This document shows positions 28,175 through 41,536 of a stretch of DNA of 64,000 nucleotides, piece by piece (the first letter of the stretch is position 1; each line of letters opens with the position of its first letter). A program made the translations under genes and the position numbers. The notes under the pieces were generated by a model. That model saw only the letters and a list, made by a program, of their open reading frames with translations, had not been told where the DNA came from and ran no database searches. The DNA comes from Genypterus blacodes (Eukaryota): contig NW_027466835.1 of assembly GCF_046128005.1 (NCBI RefSeq), positions 4,814,430-4,878,429 of the forward strand. The letters run 5' to 3'.

Positions 28175-31100
28175 AAACTTTAAACTTGAGTTTGACTGTA
28201 TCTCGCCTGCCTAAGTGACACATTTGCCTCTTTATCTTCTTCTGCTGCTTGCTTGTCTCGCACTTTCTCTCGCTCTCTTTACCCCCCTTTACTTTACTGT
28301 GCTTGTGTGCGAGATTTACGTTGGTCTTTTCCTGCTCATCTCTTTTGGGCTCTTGCTGTGATCAGGCAGTGGATGGGTAATAGTAGCAGGGGGTGGCTGG
28401 GTTTCTCTTTCAGGGCTTTGTCTGTGCTCAGTCAGACTCTTGTTCCCCATGGCTCTTGGCTCTGTGGTTCTTCACTGGGTCGGTGTGGGGTCTAACGGGG
28501 ACAAGTGTCCCACGGCCCCATATATCATTCCCTGTCTGCCCTGCTGTAGACCACACCATCTCTCTCTGACCCTGCTGGAGATTAGCAAAGTGGCTCACGT
28601 TGAGGGAGTCACATGAATAGCCGCAGTAATCAAATGCAAAGACGTAGAATTTAAGAAGACTACGCTCTCCCGGGGTTGTGAATGGACAGGCAAGCATGTC
28701 AGTCTGTTGTCATGTTGCTGATGAGATGATCATGGGTGAGAGATGAAGGACAAAGGTAGAGCGCTGTAACGCTACACCTCTGTATGATGGACACCCAACA
28801 CGCCACTGGAAGGGCACGATCCTACAACTCCATGTCCAGCCACAGCGCTCTTTTCTAGGAAAGGGGAGCTGCCGATTCGTCTTCTCCCCCCAGCCGGAGC
28901 TCTCCGCAGGCCCCCCTGGACAGCCATTGCACGCTGGACCGAGCTCTCCAGCTGGATTGCAGGGCTCATAATTATAATGTGGCAAGGTGGTTAGATGAGA
29001 GGCCTACGGTAATCCGATGCAGGTATTATTTCCTAGACCTGCTGACTGCTGCAGGTAAGGGGAGCCTCCAGGTGAAACGCTAACCCCTTACTGCGTGTTC
29101 CATCCCAGAAACGCTGCAAACTGAAAGTGCTAAATGACAACAACCAATGTGACCAGGATGATGAAGCAGCCATTTACAGTAATGTTCAGCCGAGGGGGAG
29201 TATGAGAGGCGGACGTTAACTACTGTATGTGACATTTTGTGATGAGATCAGACCAAAGTATCATTAATACAGTGGGAAAAATCCCTAAAGCAGCAATTAG
29301 TTCATACATTAACATACATTAAAACTATATATAAAGAACCTGACCCATAAGAAATCTAAAACAATGGAATAGTAAATAATAGTAAATGAACTGTGCAAAG
29401 ACAAAGGATGATGTTACTGTCCGGTATCCAATATTTAACAAAAGGCCAGTATCGTATAACCCTAATTTACAGTAGGCCTGTTCCTCAACTTGGATGTCAG
29501 GCTATTTGGAAGTTTTACAACTATCCAGGAGATAATTAAGCTGATAGTGTTAGCATGCAGCGAGGCCCAAACCAACAAAGTAAAGGAGTGAGAATTGAGT
29601 ATATTGTGTTAAAGTTCAGCTAGATAACTCAAAGATGCAGGCGTCATGGGGGCCTAAAACTGATGAAAATATCAGGTCTAAGGAGTAGGAGCTGCCCTCA
29701 AGATGTGTTTCTCTCCGTTGCCCCACAACTCTGCTGGCATTCCGGGGTGTGTGTTGTGAAATCAGTCCGGTGGCTGCTGAGGAATCGGGCAGACCTCTGG
29801 CGTTGAAACTTATCTGGTTCCTGAAAAAGATGGGAAAACAGGGGGAATAGTGGGAGAAGAGACTGGGAATACATCTTTTTTATCACACAGCTAATGAAAG
29901 GCCAGTTTCCCGGGTAACTGCTGGTACTATTGTCATGTAGGGAGGAGGCGTGGGGGGCGGGAATGGGAGAGAGTCGGTTACTGGGCTTACCAAGGCTCTG
30001 GGGCTGATTAGGGCCGTGGAGGGATGGTTCGGCGGACAGAAAGAGAGGCTGGATGGAGCCTCAGATTTATTACAGTGATGGTTTTGTTACATTTCTAAAG
30101 GAATCAAGTCTCATTGGATATAGTCGTTTGTTAGTGCTCCTGTTTTTGTAATCAAGTAAAGTACTGGAAGATATTTCTCATGGGCCATATTAAAGTCTGG
30201 TGTCAGCTTATAGCATGAAAGCTTCACAATAGCTTTTGTTAAAGTTAATTTACCTTACCAACGTGAAAAAAGTCGCCTGTATCTGAGCTAGGAGACGATC
30301 ACAAGATTCTGCCTTAGAACTACAATGTTTCTAATAGTGTTCTTGGTCTGGAAGCTGTTATTGTTCCATAAATGTGCCCCAGTTAGAGATGCTACACCCA
30401 CGCTTTGGTGTTGGGCTATAACTTTGACCTTGACCTTTGACCCTTTTGAAAATTAATCGTTAGTGTACAACATCTGTGATTCTTCTTGCACATTCATGGA
30501 ATATGTGTGTTTTTATTGTTTATAATGTGTTTGCTAATGGAAGGGTTAGAACAAAGCAGTATGTGAGTTCAATGTATGGCTCCAATAACAGCAAGTGTAT
30601 TTGTGTTCCAGGAAGTAACCCAAATATTCCCTCCTGTTGGCTTTGGTGTTTTCCCAAAATGCAACAGCTTGGAGCTAAAGCTAAAGCTAACTTGCAGTTG
30701 ACTCCTAGCACATGTGGAGTATATTCGGCTTCAAGTGTAAAACCTTCTGCAGTCATCGTGTTACTCTGGTAAAACTTGAGTTTGGGAGTTTCATGCTTCT
30801 GAAAAGGTGAAGTATGGTTTCATTTCCAGTGTGTTCTCTATTGTGAGCTAGCTGTGAGTAAAGCCTTGTATGCAGATGGAATGAATAGGTCTGGGCTGTT
30901 CATGAGGGGAGGAACACGAGGTGAGGAAATCGATGCAGAGGTGTAAAACAGACAATAAACCATTTACATACTTGAGTAAATCAATTTACAATCGCAAAGG
31001 CAGAGATCCTTTAAATCTACATAGATTCAAACAGATTTCAATCCAGTTGCGGTGTTTACATGAACATAAGCATATAAGAGTATAATTCAAGTTTTACCAG

Positions 31101-34100
31101 GCATGTAAAAACTATCAAGTGCGACTTCATACTCTCATCCTGTCGCTGCTGATTTGGAAGCTGCTCACAAAGGAAATTTACAGAAAAGCTACAAGCGATC
31201 GCTGGAATGTGGAATCCTGTTGGGTTAAGTATAATCTCTTTATGCTGTGTCGATAAATATATGGCTCAGATACTGTTGACTCACTGTTCCATACGCATAT
31301 GATAAGAGGATAGTTACATCTGGTATTCTCTCTGTCGTCCTGTAGTGAGTATTGGCTGACAGGGGAAAAGCCGTCTTATCTTATTGTCCCAGCGATTCAT
31401 GAAAAATCAACACAATAAAACACATCAGAGTGGCTCTTTGGTTTTATGGGGTTCTGTTTACACAAAATGTGCCCAGAGAGATGACATTAAAAAGGTTTTG
31501 CGCTGTTAAAAGGTAATATCAGTCATTCAAATATGACTGCAGTGCCATATGGAGGCTGATGTGGCCGGGATGCTGGGGTCAGGAGAAAGATTTGTAGATC
31601 ATTGTATGCGGGATCCTTAGGGTGGCGGTGGGTGTGTGTTTGGGAAGTGCATGTGTGTTTGCATGTGTGTTTGCATGTGCGCGCGTGTGTGTGTGCATGT
31701 GTCCCTTTGCTGCGGTGTGGGCTGATGCTTCTTTGTCAGGAAGACACAGGCACCGGGGTAATCCGACATCCATCACCAGCTTAGTGAGCAATACACACTC
31801 TGTGTAACAACAAGAAACAATACCCAGGGAAACGGTGGGAGGGCCTCTTCATTCATTACTCAAGGCTGGGGTCGCGCTTTTGTAGGTGTTGGAGAAGAAA
31901 GAATGAGGCAGCAGAAGATTGTCATGACAAAGCCATTTCTGAAGGAACAACTTTCACAAGATCTGCTGTACGTTATGAGCGACATTGTGGGTCGATTTGT
32001 GGTTAGGATGGATTGGAACATACAAAGAGAATTATAGAGACTGTTAACCTGTATCAACATTCTCTAGAGTCAGATGTCACCAAATGAGTTCTTAAAAGAC
32101 ACTCAGAAGCAACCACATAGTCCAAATCCTAGACAACAGGGTTGAACCTTTCCATTTACATGAACACAGACACGCCACTTGAAGGACGTTACCTTCTGGA
32201 TTGTGAACCCCATTTTGGGAACAGCAACAATGAAGCTCGACTGGTCAAATACTTTGCTTTGCCCCATCTTCAGTCTAAAATTACAATAATTAGGCACAAT
32301 AATGTATTTGTCTTGTGGTCATATGAAGGTACATTCACTGATCGACTGAGAGAGATATGTCTGTTGTCTGCCGTGTTCCTGATTCAGCACCATCCACTAG
32401 CCAAAGTGTCGCTGATAAAGTCCAACTGATGGTCGGTCACAGATAGTGAATGACAGCCCGACTGTGGCTTGCGGTCAAGTTGGATTTGCATCTTAGAGTT
32501 TAGGATGGGATTACACATGAGTGACAAGTGTTACCCTGACCAAACCCTAACCCTGACCAAGACCAAGGTGTGAGTGATGCAGACGCAATGAGGATTGGCT
32601 TGGGTCGAGGGTAGTTGCTTAATTAAAGTTGCATTAATTGATTTTCTACCACAAGGGGGCTCAAACCCAACTGAGACAATCATATCTATATAAAAGCAAA
32701 TGAAGTAGACGGAAACACAGACCAGAGAGCAAAGTTATGTTTAAAATCCTCACAAACCCTTGCAAACATACACATGCAGCAGCCTCACAGCAACATGAGC
32801 ATCCCACTGTGTGTTGTCCAAAATTCATGATGTGCTTTTCCCTCTGTTGTTGTCTTGTGAAAAAGTGTGTTACTGGGTTTAACTGTGTATCTCTATCTTA
32901 ATGATCCAACCATTCATTTGCTGGACTGAAGTGTTTTAGGCCCCGCCCCCTCAGATTCACCTTATTCAAACTGACATTATGACAGGTCTGCTTTGACAAA
33001 ACCTCCAACATATATAAAATAAGGTGATAAATATCGTGCCTATAGGAGACAAAGCATTCCATTCTGCTGGACTTCTTCTTAGGTTTCACCGGCCTGTGCC
33101 TTCATGTGCTTTGCCTCACTGTTGTCTTCCTGGGTTCTGCAGTGTTGTGCTGTCCAGGTAACATAAAGGTTAGTGACTCACTCCGGTGAGAACAATGGTC
33201 CCTAAATACCAGACTCAGTTACCAAACATATTCTCAGCTTACACTCCTGTCTGCAGCTTTTCACACCAACACTGTACATTGTTTCCTTCAAACACAGATG
33301 GAAATGTTCTGACTATTTCATGATTTGGCAGAAACTAAAGTGGAATAGTACAAAATAACCATGACAGAGAAGAAGAGAGGAGGTTTGAATTTGTGGCCAT
33401 TGTAATGTATACCTGTGCCCTATATGCAGCGTGATACTGAGACCGACACTGATGGAAGGTGCTGGGAGGCAACAAGTGCAACAGCAGACTTTACTCACCT
33501 TGCCCATTTACTACTGGAGGAGGCCGGGTCACCTGACACCCGCAGGTGCCACTCGCACCCTCCAGGGAGAGCTGCTAAGGCGATCCCTGCAGGCTGAGCG
33601 AGGGAAACGTACCAAGGCGAGCGAAAAAAAACAAAACAAACATAAACAAAGCCGTGGCAGCTGGGGGCAGGCTGAACCGTGCCGCGTTCTTGGCGGCCAC
33701 AGTTTGACCTTGGCCGGGCAAGCCCAGGCCTGCCTCTCAATGCAGGGTGGGAGTCTCACCCAGCGGCCCGCAGGAGTTGGACCGGCTCAATGAGAAAGGA
33801 AAATACCACTCTGGGCAAACAAGGGCATAGCAGGCTCCCTCCACCTCGCTTCGTCTTTTTAATGATTCCTTTATTTTACTGTTTCTCAACACTCATCGGA
33901 TTCCAGCACATGGCTTGGCCCGACTCGTAAGCATTTAGCACAGAAGACACTTTCTCTCTTCTCTCCTCTGTCTTTCTCCTGCTTTACTCACTCCTTTCCA
34001 GACTTTAATTTGATTTCTTTATTTCTTTGTGGGTTTCACAGCAGAGGGAAAGCTTTGAAACGCTGCTGCTTTACATATCTTAGACTCCACGCTCAATAGG

Positions 34101-35185
34101 TGTGCTGCCGTGGCGACAACGGTGACAAAAGCCCCCCCCTCCCACCCCATCAGGCCTGCTCCAAGCCTCAGACCCCCTCGCTGGACGGCACAGCCAGGGA
34201 TTTGTCCCAGCACCCTTCTACCGCTCTGATGTCACTCCATTCACTGGTGTAGCCTCACAACACAAGTGAAAATGTGTGTGTTTTTTGTGTGTTTGCTGCA
34301 TCCACAAGTTGACATGACCGGAGTGGACGTGGGATGGAGAGAACAAGCCAGACCAGACGTTCCCAGCCATTTCACAGCTGCGATGTTCCTGGAATCCCTC
34401 TCCGTTTTCCATCTCTTTCTCTCTTCCATTGCTATCAGTCTGTTCCAGCCGGACCTTTTAAATGGCGGCTGACTGATTTGTGTTTAAGAATCCCTGTGTG
34501 CTTTATCTCCTTGTAAAGAAGCCGACCAGAGGCTTGGCTTCGTTTTTCCTCTCTGTGTTTGTAGAGCTGTGGCCATTGTAGAGCTTTCCTGGATTTTTCC
34601 AGAATCCAAATGAGAAACAATGTAGGACAAGACTTAGTTTAAACGTATCATCCAACAATTTCAGCCGACACAGGATGGTCGACTTCACACTGAAAAAAAA
34701 AGACACTACTAGACAAAAGCCACACATTCCGTCACATTTTCTCTTATTGGCAATTCCATTTTAGCAACACCCAGTTTCAAATCAGCAATGAAACTTTAGG
34801 AATTCAAGTTAAAGGTCCTATTTTATCTGAGTTTAATAATCTTGTGCATTTTTACATCAGTTTCTATGGTTAAAATAAATAAAACCCTGAAAAACCCTTA
34901 ACTTTTTACGAGGAAGATGCATTCACGCTCTCAAGCAGAGATCATATAAACTATTGTCAGCTAAATGTGTGTGTGTCTGTGTGTGAGTGTGAGTTTCTTC
35001 TACACACATTTACAAAACCTGCGTTGCTGTGGTTGGATAGCAGCCTCCCAGTTATAATAAAAGTTAATATCTGAGCAGTGTGTTGGTGAAACATACGACC
35101 CCCCGCGACACTGCTTCCCTTCCGAGCAGCATCATCACCCCTGTCCTCTTTACAGCTGGGTGAGCCAGGGTGGGACGGGCTGCCA

Positions 35186-35202
35186 TGTGTGTGTGTGTGC
35201 GT

Positions 35203-35274
<72 letters not shown>
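35186..35274. repeat. (GT)n microsatellite followed by a G-rich block
   Basis: A gtgtgt run with a few GC interruptions. G-tracts (gggggcagggg, gggggggtgg, ggggggtgggggggggg) follow to about 35470. Confidence 0.9.
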
Positions 35275-35277
<3 letters not shown>

Positions 35278-35919
35278 GGCAGGGGATTGGGAGGAGGGGG
35301 GGTGGTGATCTTTACACCCCCTGCCAGAGATCAGACAAACACTTATTAACTGAGAGGAATGCAAACAAGCCCGGGCTGAGACGCAGAACGGCAGCGTGGG
35401 GTGGAGGGTGAGGCGGAGGGGTCAGAGTGGGCTTTGGGTGTTAGGTAAAGGGGGGTGGGGGGGGGGTTGTAAAAGTCCCACCCAGGAGGGGGACTGATCC
35501 AGAGACTTCCAGAACAATGCAGCTCCTACGGTGGAGGAGGTCCGACGACACGGTGACCTTATGGGCCACAGACGGCAGCGAGTCACACAGACAGCAGCAC
35601 GTCCTGCCACTCACATGCAGCCTGAGACGTCAAGGAGATACGTTTGGGAATGCAGAGTGTGTGTTTTGGTTTTTGCTTCAGCTAAATCAATTTGGGTCAG
35701 TTTGGGGAAATTCTGCGTGATTTACAATCCTAAAAAGTTCTTCTCAAGTGTTTTTATTTTTATTTTAGAATACCTAAAACCAGAATTTATATGGAAAAAA
35801 AATCTGTAATTTTGTTGATTCTAGAATATTCTCAATTCATTCAATTTCTGCTTGTGCCCTTCATGCTCGCTCTGTCAACTACAAAAACCTCATTTGTAGA
35901 CTCCAGACAGTTTCCATTC

Positions 35920-36095
35920 AAATGCAGGGTCGCAGGTTCGATTCCTGGCTCCCCCTGACTGCTGTCTGAAAAGTGAAACTCTCCACCCCTAATTACGTGG
36001 CAGCTCCACCATTCTCTGTGTGTGTCTGTGTGTGTGTGTGAGTGTGAATGGATGAATGAAAGATGTTGTAAAGTGATTTGTCCTGCTCAGCTTGA
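35920..36095 (+). mobile_element. tRNA-derived SINE fragment (5'-truncated)
   Basis: The fragment has a tRNA T-arm-like GGGTCGCAGGTTCGATTCCTGGCTCC followed by a GT-rich stretch and GAGTGTGAATGGATGAATG...TGTAAAGTGATTTG. From memory, the latter resembles the conserved tail (GTGAATGGGTGAATG...TGTAAAGCGCTTTG) shared by several teleost SINE families. No tRNA 5' half (D-arm) is present, so this is not a tRNA gene. Confidence 0.5.
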
Positions 36096-36542
36096 CGAGC
36101 AACAACAACAACAATACCTTCATTGCTATGTAAGGATTGAGACAAAGTGAAGTTTAACGGATCATATCTGCAATAAGTAACAAGTCCTGCATGTTCAGCA
36201 ACTGAGGAAATAATAGTTTATATTATAGTTTAGCATGTAGGTGACATAAGAAACTTATTCTACATTTTACAGCAGCAGTTGTTTGAAAGTCTTTTGAGGT
36301 TCTTGCTCTTTCTTCTAATCCAATCTCAGAGGTTGATTTACGATAGAAATGAGTCATCTTGTTATTTCCCGCCACTAATCCCATCAGTCCTCGTGCAAAC
36401 AAACACTGACTTTTCCCAGAAAAAGTAGCAGCCGAGTGCAAAGGGCCTGTAGAGGGAAAGTGTGCTGTGACTGAACTCAAACCACAAACAGATTTAACAG
36501 ACTAGTGATGGTGAATTGTGTGGATGAGCGAGCGAGGGTGAA

Positions 36543-36546
<4 letters not shown>

Positions 36547-36621
<75 letters not shown>
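36547..36621. repeat. (TG)n microsatellite
   Basis: An uninterrupted tgtgtg run. Confidence 0.95.
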
Positions 36622-36622
<1 letters not shown>

Positions 36623-36734
36623 AGGTGCACGTCAGGTGTCGCTGCCTCTGGTGTGGCTTTGTTTGCTAATGGCTTAAACTGTGTCGCTCCTTCGGCTGAT
36701 CTTTATGAGCTGTTTGCAAACGATCAGGCAGATG

Positions 36735-36815
36735 ACAGAGGAGGATGAGGAGGATGAAGGATGAGGAGGATGAGAAGGATCAGGAGGATGAAAAGGGTGA
36801 GGAGGAGGAGGAAGA
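36735..36815. repeat. imperfect (GAGGATGAG)-type minisatellite
   Basis: gaggaggatgaggaggatgaaggatgaggaggatgagaaggatcaggaggatgaaaagggtgaggaggaggaggaagagg, purine-only on the plus strand. Confidence 0.8.
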
Positions 36816-38565
36816 GGATATGCTTGTAAGGTTGTTTGCTCAAGCTGAGGACGTCTGCGTGCGTTAGACTCTGTGCAAATTTGATACAATTCCATCTCAT
36901 CAATGTAATTTTGTGGAAAACTAAAAGCTACAATTCCTATTATCTCAAAATGAGTGAGAAAATCTGAAGTAACGATTATTTCAATCTGTTTTCGATACAA
37001 ATCTACTGCTCCCTGCTCTGTTATATTATATTTCACTATAATAACACTAATGGGAACATGTAAAATGGTTTGATACGATGGATATTTGTTTTTGTAGCGG
37101 AACTAAGTCTCAAATCACAGTAACTCCATCAAAGGGTTAAAGCAGAACACAGAGATTCACCGGGAGAGAGTGACACATCTTGCACAAACAGTTCAGTGTG
37201 TGTGTGTGCTGCAACATGATTTGAAGCAACTGGGAAAATGTCAAGCACACACTCCATCTTCAACTGTTTTCATTTTCATGTCAGGTTCAGGGTCTCTGAG
37301 GAAACATGGGAAGAATCATTCACACTCTCTCTGATTTGATATTCAGCTTTCATCTACTTCCTTGCAACCTTTTGTTAAAGTCCCCGTCTGTCTGATCTTG
37401 TGGTTGTTTGATTTGTACAACAGTGAAGGATAAGATACCCGGATATTCAGCGATCAAACAAACACTGTTATTCAACGTAACACTGCTCTGTCATTTACTG
37501 TAGGCTTTACTTTTGGACGATGGGAAGCTGAAAATAAACAATTTCCAATGGGAACTGTTGACGTTGTGGTTGTTTCAAAATAGGAGCAGAAGATTTTGAA
37601 CGGTCGTTATTTGTTATAGATGGAAGAAAAGTATTTATTGGCACTTTGAGAATTGTTGGTCTGTTCTTTGGGTCTTATTTAGTTTCTAACTGAGCAGCAC
37701 AAATGAACTTTCACCATGACCTTGCTGGCATTGATCCCATCAGTGTATCAGTCCTTACGCCGTGTTTTGCAAGTCAACAATTCACATAAAGCGCAAGCGA
37801 CCCGCCACCCCAGGACTGAGCAGACAAACGAGCAGTTATTCAGCGCCTTACTGAAAAACCGGAGGATTAAGGAATCAGGCATCCTGAAAGGCCACCACGC
37901 AGACTCAGGAGTTAAGCGGCCGTGAATGAGATGTGGCGACTCCAAAACAAAGCTAGTGTGTCACTCACGCACGGCAGAGGGGAATGCTGACGTCACGGCT
38001 CACAAAAGAAGGGACGCTAGGGCTGTAAAATATCGTACACCGCTCTGAAAAGTGCTACTCGTGTTTTTTTTTTTCTCTGTTTGAGTCTTTGTGCGCTGCT
38101 CAAATATTCCACCAGAGCTCACGCCAAGTCTTCCCTTTGTACCCACAGCAGAGAAAACAGAGAAACGTATTTGCACTTGGGAGATTTAGTCTGCATTTTG
38201 ATCCATATTGGGTAAAATATAAGGTCTTTCTGCATGGGTGGGCTGCTTTGGCGAGAAGACACAGGATTGCAGACCCTCGTAGTGGTCTCCATGGGGATGA
38301 GGAGGACTTGGGGAGGTATCCGGCTTACTGGAAACGTGGTTTATTGTTGACTTTCAGGAATGGGGAGGGGGCTGCTGCTCTGCTTGAGCATGGGATGGGG
38401 GGTAGAGATGGATTTTGGTGTCCCACTTCCTGGTACTGGCTCAGTGGGGGCTTTCCCTTATGGCTCATGCATCGAACTCACCTCACGGGTCAGGTGTAAT
38501 GAGTTGCGGTCACCGTAATTGAGCCACCCCTCCACTGATGGTGGTGGCATGGGGTTGGGGGTCTC

Positions 38566-38640
38566 TCACACACACACACGCACACACACAAGCACGCACG
38601 CACGCACGCACACAAACACACACACACACACACACACACG
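38566..38640. repeat. (CA)n / (CACG)n compound microsatellite
   Basis: cacacacacg cacacacaca agcacgcacgcacgcacgcacacaaacacacacacaca... Confidence 0.9.
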
Positions 38641-39040
38641 TCACTTTTAATAATTGACAAAGGTGTTTCGGAGCTTTAATATTTTATTAGCTAAATTCAA
38701 TAAATGATTACACAAGTGAAGACTACAAAGTTAGCTAAAACGTCACCTCATCTGAATCCTTCCTCATGCACCCTGACACTTACCACCAAAAAAGTTACAG
38801 GCAAAGCCTATTGAGAGTGTGACTGAACAAATTATACATATTTGATATGGGCTGAATAAGAATATCCAACAATTCCAACAAATAGACCAACATTTTAAGA
38901 GAAATAAGCAACATTTGTGGCAGAGTGAAATGTTTTGCTTTAGCTCCCTCTACCGTCCGGACATGGCATTTCTCATAATTACCGAATGATTCGGGCGCCA
39001 GGACCCAGCGGAGAAACTAAGGTAGAGGCTGTCGGCAATC

Positions 39041-39099
39041 ATGGCGGACCAAAATAAGACACATGCAGAAGCCCCGAAGTTCTACAGTGAAATACTGAG
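39041..39099 (+). CDS. tsen54: tsen54 candidate first coding exon ([19 protein letters not shown] plus 2 nt)
   Basis: The ATG is in a good Kozak context (caatcATGG) and the exon ends at a GTAACC donor in phase 2. Splicing to 40019 gives ...[18 protein letters not shown]. From memory, this aligns without gaps to human TSEN54 [32 protein letters not shown] (19-20 residues before the ELFAARSRS motif). The alternative is an unspliced start at ATG 39942 (ORF 39942..40181). Confidence 0.5.
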
Positions 39100-40018
39100 G
39101 TAACCAACGACTAGAATTAGTATTCTTGCGTTACTTAGTTAAGTTTCCACTTAAAAAAACCGCAGTGTCTCGATTTATATCCCCTTCTCTCTGGCCAAAG
39201 CTCTGAAACTGATGTACTGTGCCCATGGTTTCACAGGTTTATGTGTCAATTTAATGTTTTGCTAGTAGCTGCGGATTTACAGAGTAAACGTCACTTCAAA
39301 TGTGGTTAAGACACAAATCCAACTCTTTAACATGACTTTGAATTTTCCTCAGAGGCGTTGAACACCTCAAATAGAGACAGTATCCTCACGTTGTGAATCA
39401 CTGAGCAGAGTTTGTGTTCCTACTGGGTTCTGTCGCCCCCTCTTGTTTATTTAATGCAAAGCAATTGTCGATAGAAAAGCCTAATCGATTGTAAAAAATG
39501 AAGTATTTATGGGTAAAACCTTTTATTTGGTGAACTGGTCGCGTATATACAAACAAGATGAGTTCCTCAGTGTTCCTCTTATTTCAGTTTCACATGTCTT
39601 TGCCAGTATATGACTCATAATGTGCAGTTCTCTCATTTTTAAATGGGTGTATTGTTTTAACATGTCTGAACAAGTTCCCAACATGACATGAGTCATCGGT
39701 CATCATGATGACAAAGACAAATGTTGGTCTATTATTACCATGTCCACATGCAGGTGACAGGGTGTGGTACACTGTTATTATCCTTACACAGAGCTGTACT
39801 CCTAGTCTTAAGTGACAGTTCAGCATTTTGTTATTCAATAAGAATTATTAATGAAATCAGAAATGTCAAATAATATCTCAGGAACAATTTTGACTCAAAC
39901 TCAGTGTTTCTGCTTGTCTAGACATATCCGTTGATATCAATATGTCATTTAATATTAATGAGTCTCAGCTTTATCCGGTGACTAAAGCATCAGATGTGCT
40001 GTTGTTGTTTGATTCCAG

Positions 40019-40177
40019 TCCATCTGAGCTGTTTGCCGCCCGGAGCAGGAGTCACAAAATCCCGGTCAGGGGACAGAAGGACTTTTTCCCCGACGACTCG
40101 GACGAGCAAAAGCAGCGACTTCAGCAGGCTCAGAGTGAACACTGGAGCCTGGTGTCAGAGGAAAGAGTGGAGAGGCT
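40019..40177 (+). CDS. tsen54: tsen54 exon 2 (or 3' part of an unspliced first exon 39942-40177)
   Basis: The translation contains [53 protein letters not shown]. This matches human TSEN54 residues around [13 protein letters not shown]...PKDFLPDGS...EQRVERL. The GTGAGT donor at 40178 follows in phase 2. Confidence 0.7.
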
Positions 40178-40942
40178 GTGAGTGACCGGTAGTGGCCAAA
40201 ATGCACTTTAAGTCTCAGTGTATGAAAATGAAAGATGAAGGTCCAGACCGGTGGTTTTTGCTTGTTTCAGCTCATTAATTCAAAGACCACATGGCGGATT
40301 TAGATTGATGACAAGTTTACCAGGCAGATGTTTGGTTTCTATTAAATGAAACTCAATCTGCACACACTGCAGAAACTTCAAAAGTGCTGAAGATGGCTCA
40401 TCCATCACACATTCATCCACTTTATTTTGGTTAAAGTTTGGTCAGCAGATTTGATATGTTAACAGGGTGTCTGATGTCTCCCTGGTGACCCTCTGAAGGA
40501 CACGGATACATGAGACTGAACAGTGTTTACTGCCGAGGAGCATTCCATTGCAGAGCCCTGTTATTAGGAAGTTGAGGCCGTAAGACGGACAATAAGCAGG
40601 CAAGGACAAAAGGGACACACCAAACGTCGTCCTTTGACATCTGATCGTGAAATCCTACTTTTCTGTGTCCTTGACTGCCCCAGTGAACTCGCTCTGTTAC
40701 TGAACTGTTACTGAATCTTTAATTAGTCACCATTAGTTATTACACACCTGCTACAAAACCGAGGTGACGAAACCCATTTCAAGCCAAAGCACAAGGTTCT
40801 GCTTCTGTTCTTTGTAGAACAATAGTATGGAATAGAAAAAAATAATCCTTTCAAAACAATTGCTTTATTAACGTGAAGTAGACAGAGTTTGACTTTTGAT
40901 GTGCAGAGTAAGATCTCGTGTCTCCTTTTGATGTCGTTCCAG

Positions 40943-41006
40943 AGGTAACCTGGTGAAGGCCATGTGGATCCCAGATGAACAGATGGTGGAGCTTCAATCT
41001 CCAGCT
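40943..41006 (+). CDS. tsen54: tsen54 exon (LGNLVKAMWIPDEQMVELQSPA)
   Basis: The acceptor is cgttccag and the donor is GTAAGT at 41007. The translation matches human [23 protein letters not shown]. The phase is consistent with the upstream exon (phase 2 in, phase 0 out). Confidence 0.8.
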
Positions 41007-41536
41007 GTAAGTACAGCAGCACAGAGGGAAACTACACGGTATCACTGATGAGTACAGCAGGTAGTACCCAGCAGCAGCACTCCAAGGTAAATGGATGCAA
41101 TGACTCCAGAGATCCAAGGAGTCTCCTGTCTGACGTACGCTGAGTCACTGCCCACACACAGTACGACTATCTGCTGCTGTCATAGTCAGTGTACGGATTG
41201 TTTTGATTCTCAGTGTATGTCATCTGGGTATGTGTCCATTAGAGTCGGTTTCTTACCGTAAGTGGAATTTAAATTGTACATTCCCGATCCCAACAAACAG
41301 TTATCTTGTGTGTTTCCATGATAACCTGTCAAACCTGTGTGTTGTGCTGCCGTCTTTAATGGAATTGAAGCTCGTTTGTTGCAGCGTCAACACACAGCTG
41401 TGCTATCTTGAGGTTTGTCGCGTGGAATGTTCCTAAACAAACGCTGTGTGTGGCGTTTGAGCCTCCGCCGCTGCTTTGCACACTGAGAGCCTTCACACAC
41501 ATACGGAGTGTTTAACGTCGTGTTCGCCACACACAG

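Noticed and set aside
30950-31110. Tc1/mariner-like terminal repeat words (aaccatttacatacttgagtaaatcaatttacaat)
   Set aside because: Only a short, weak resemblance to the Tc1-like TIR motif GTTTACATACACTTAAG. There is no transposase ORF or second TIR, so it cannot be supported as a mobile element from the sequence alone.
33431-33793. 120-aa plus-strand ORF and overlapping minus-strand ORFs in a GC-rich patch between foxj1 and tsen54
   Set aside because: No recognisable protein features, no splice-site context, and all frames are open at once. This looks like a GC-driven artefact. The same reasoning applies to ORF 38089..38499 just upstream of the tsen54 5' end.
35920-35950. tRNA-like T-arm GGGTCGCAGGTTCGATTCCTGGCTCC
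   Set aside because: No D-arm, anticodon stem or acceptor stem lies upstream. The segment is followed by a SINE body, so it is a 5'-truncated SINE and not a tRNA gene.
41060-41150. Possible C/D-box snoRNA in a tsen54 intron (TGATGA at about 41068, CTGA at about 41140)
   Set aside because: The sequences flanking the boxes are not complementary, so there is no terminal stem. The box-like strings are short enough to occur by chance.
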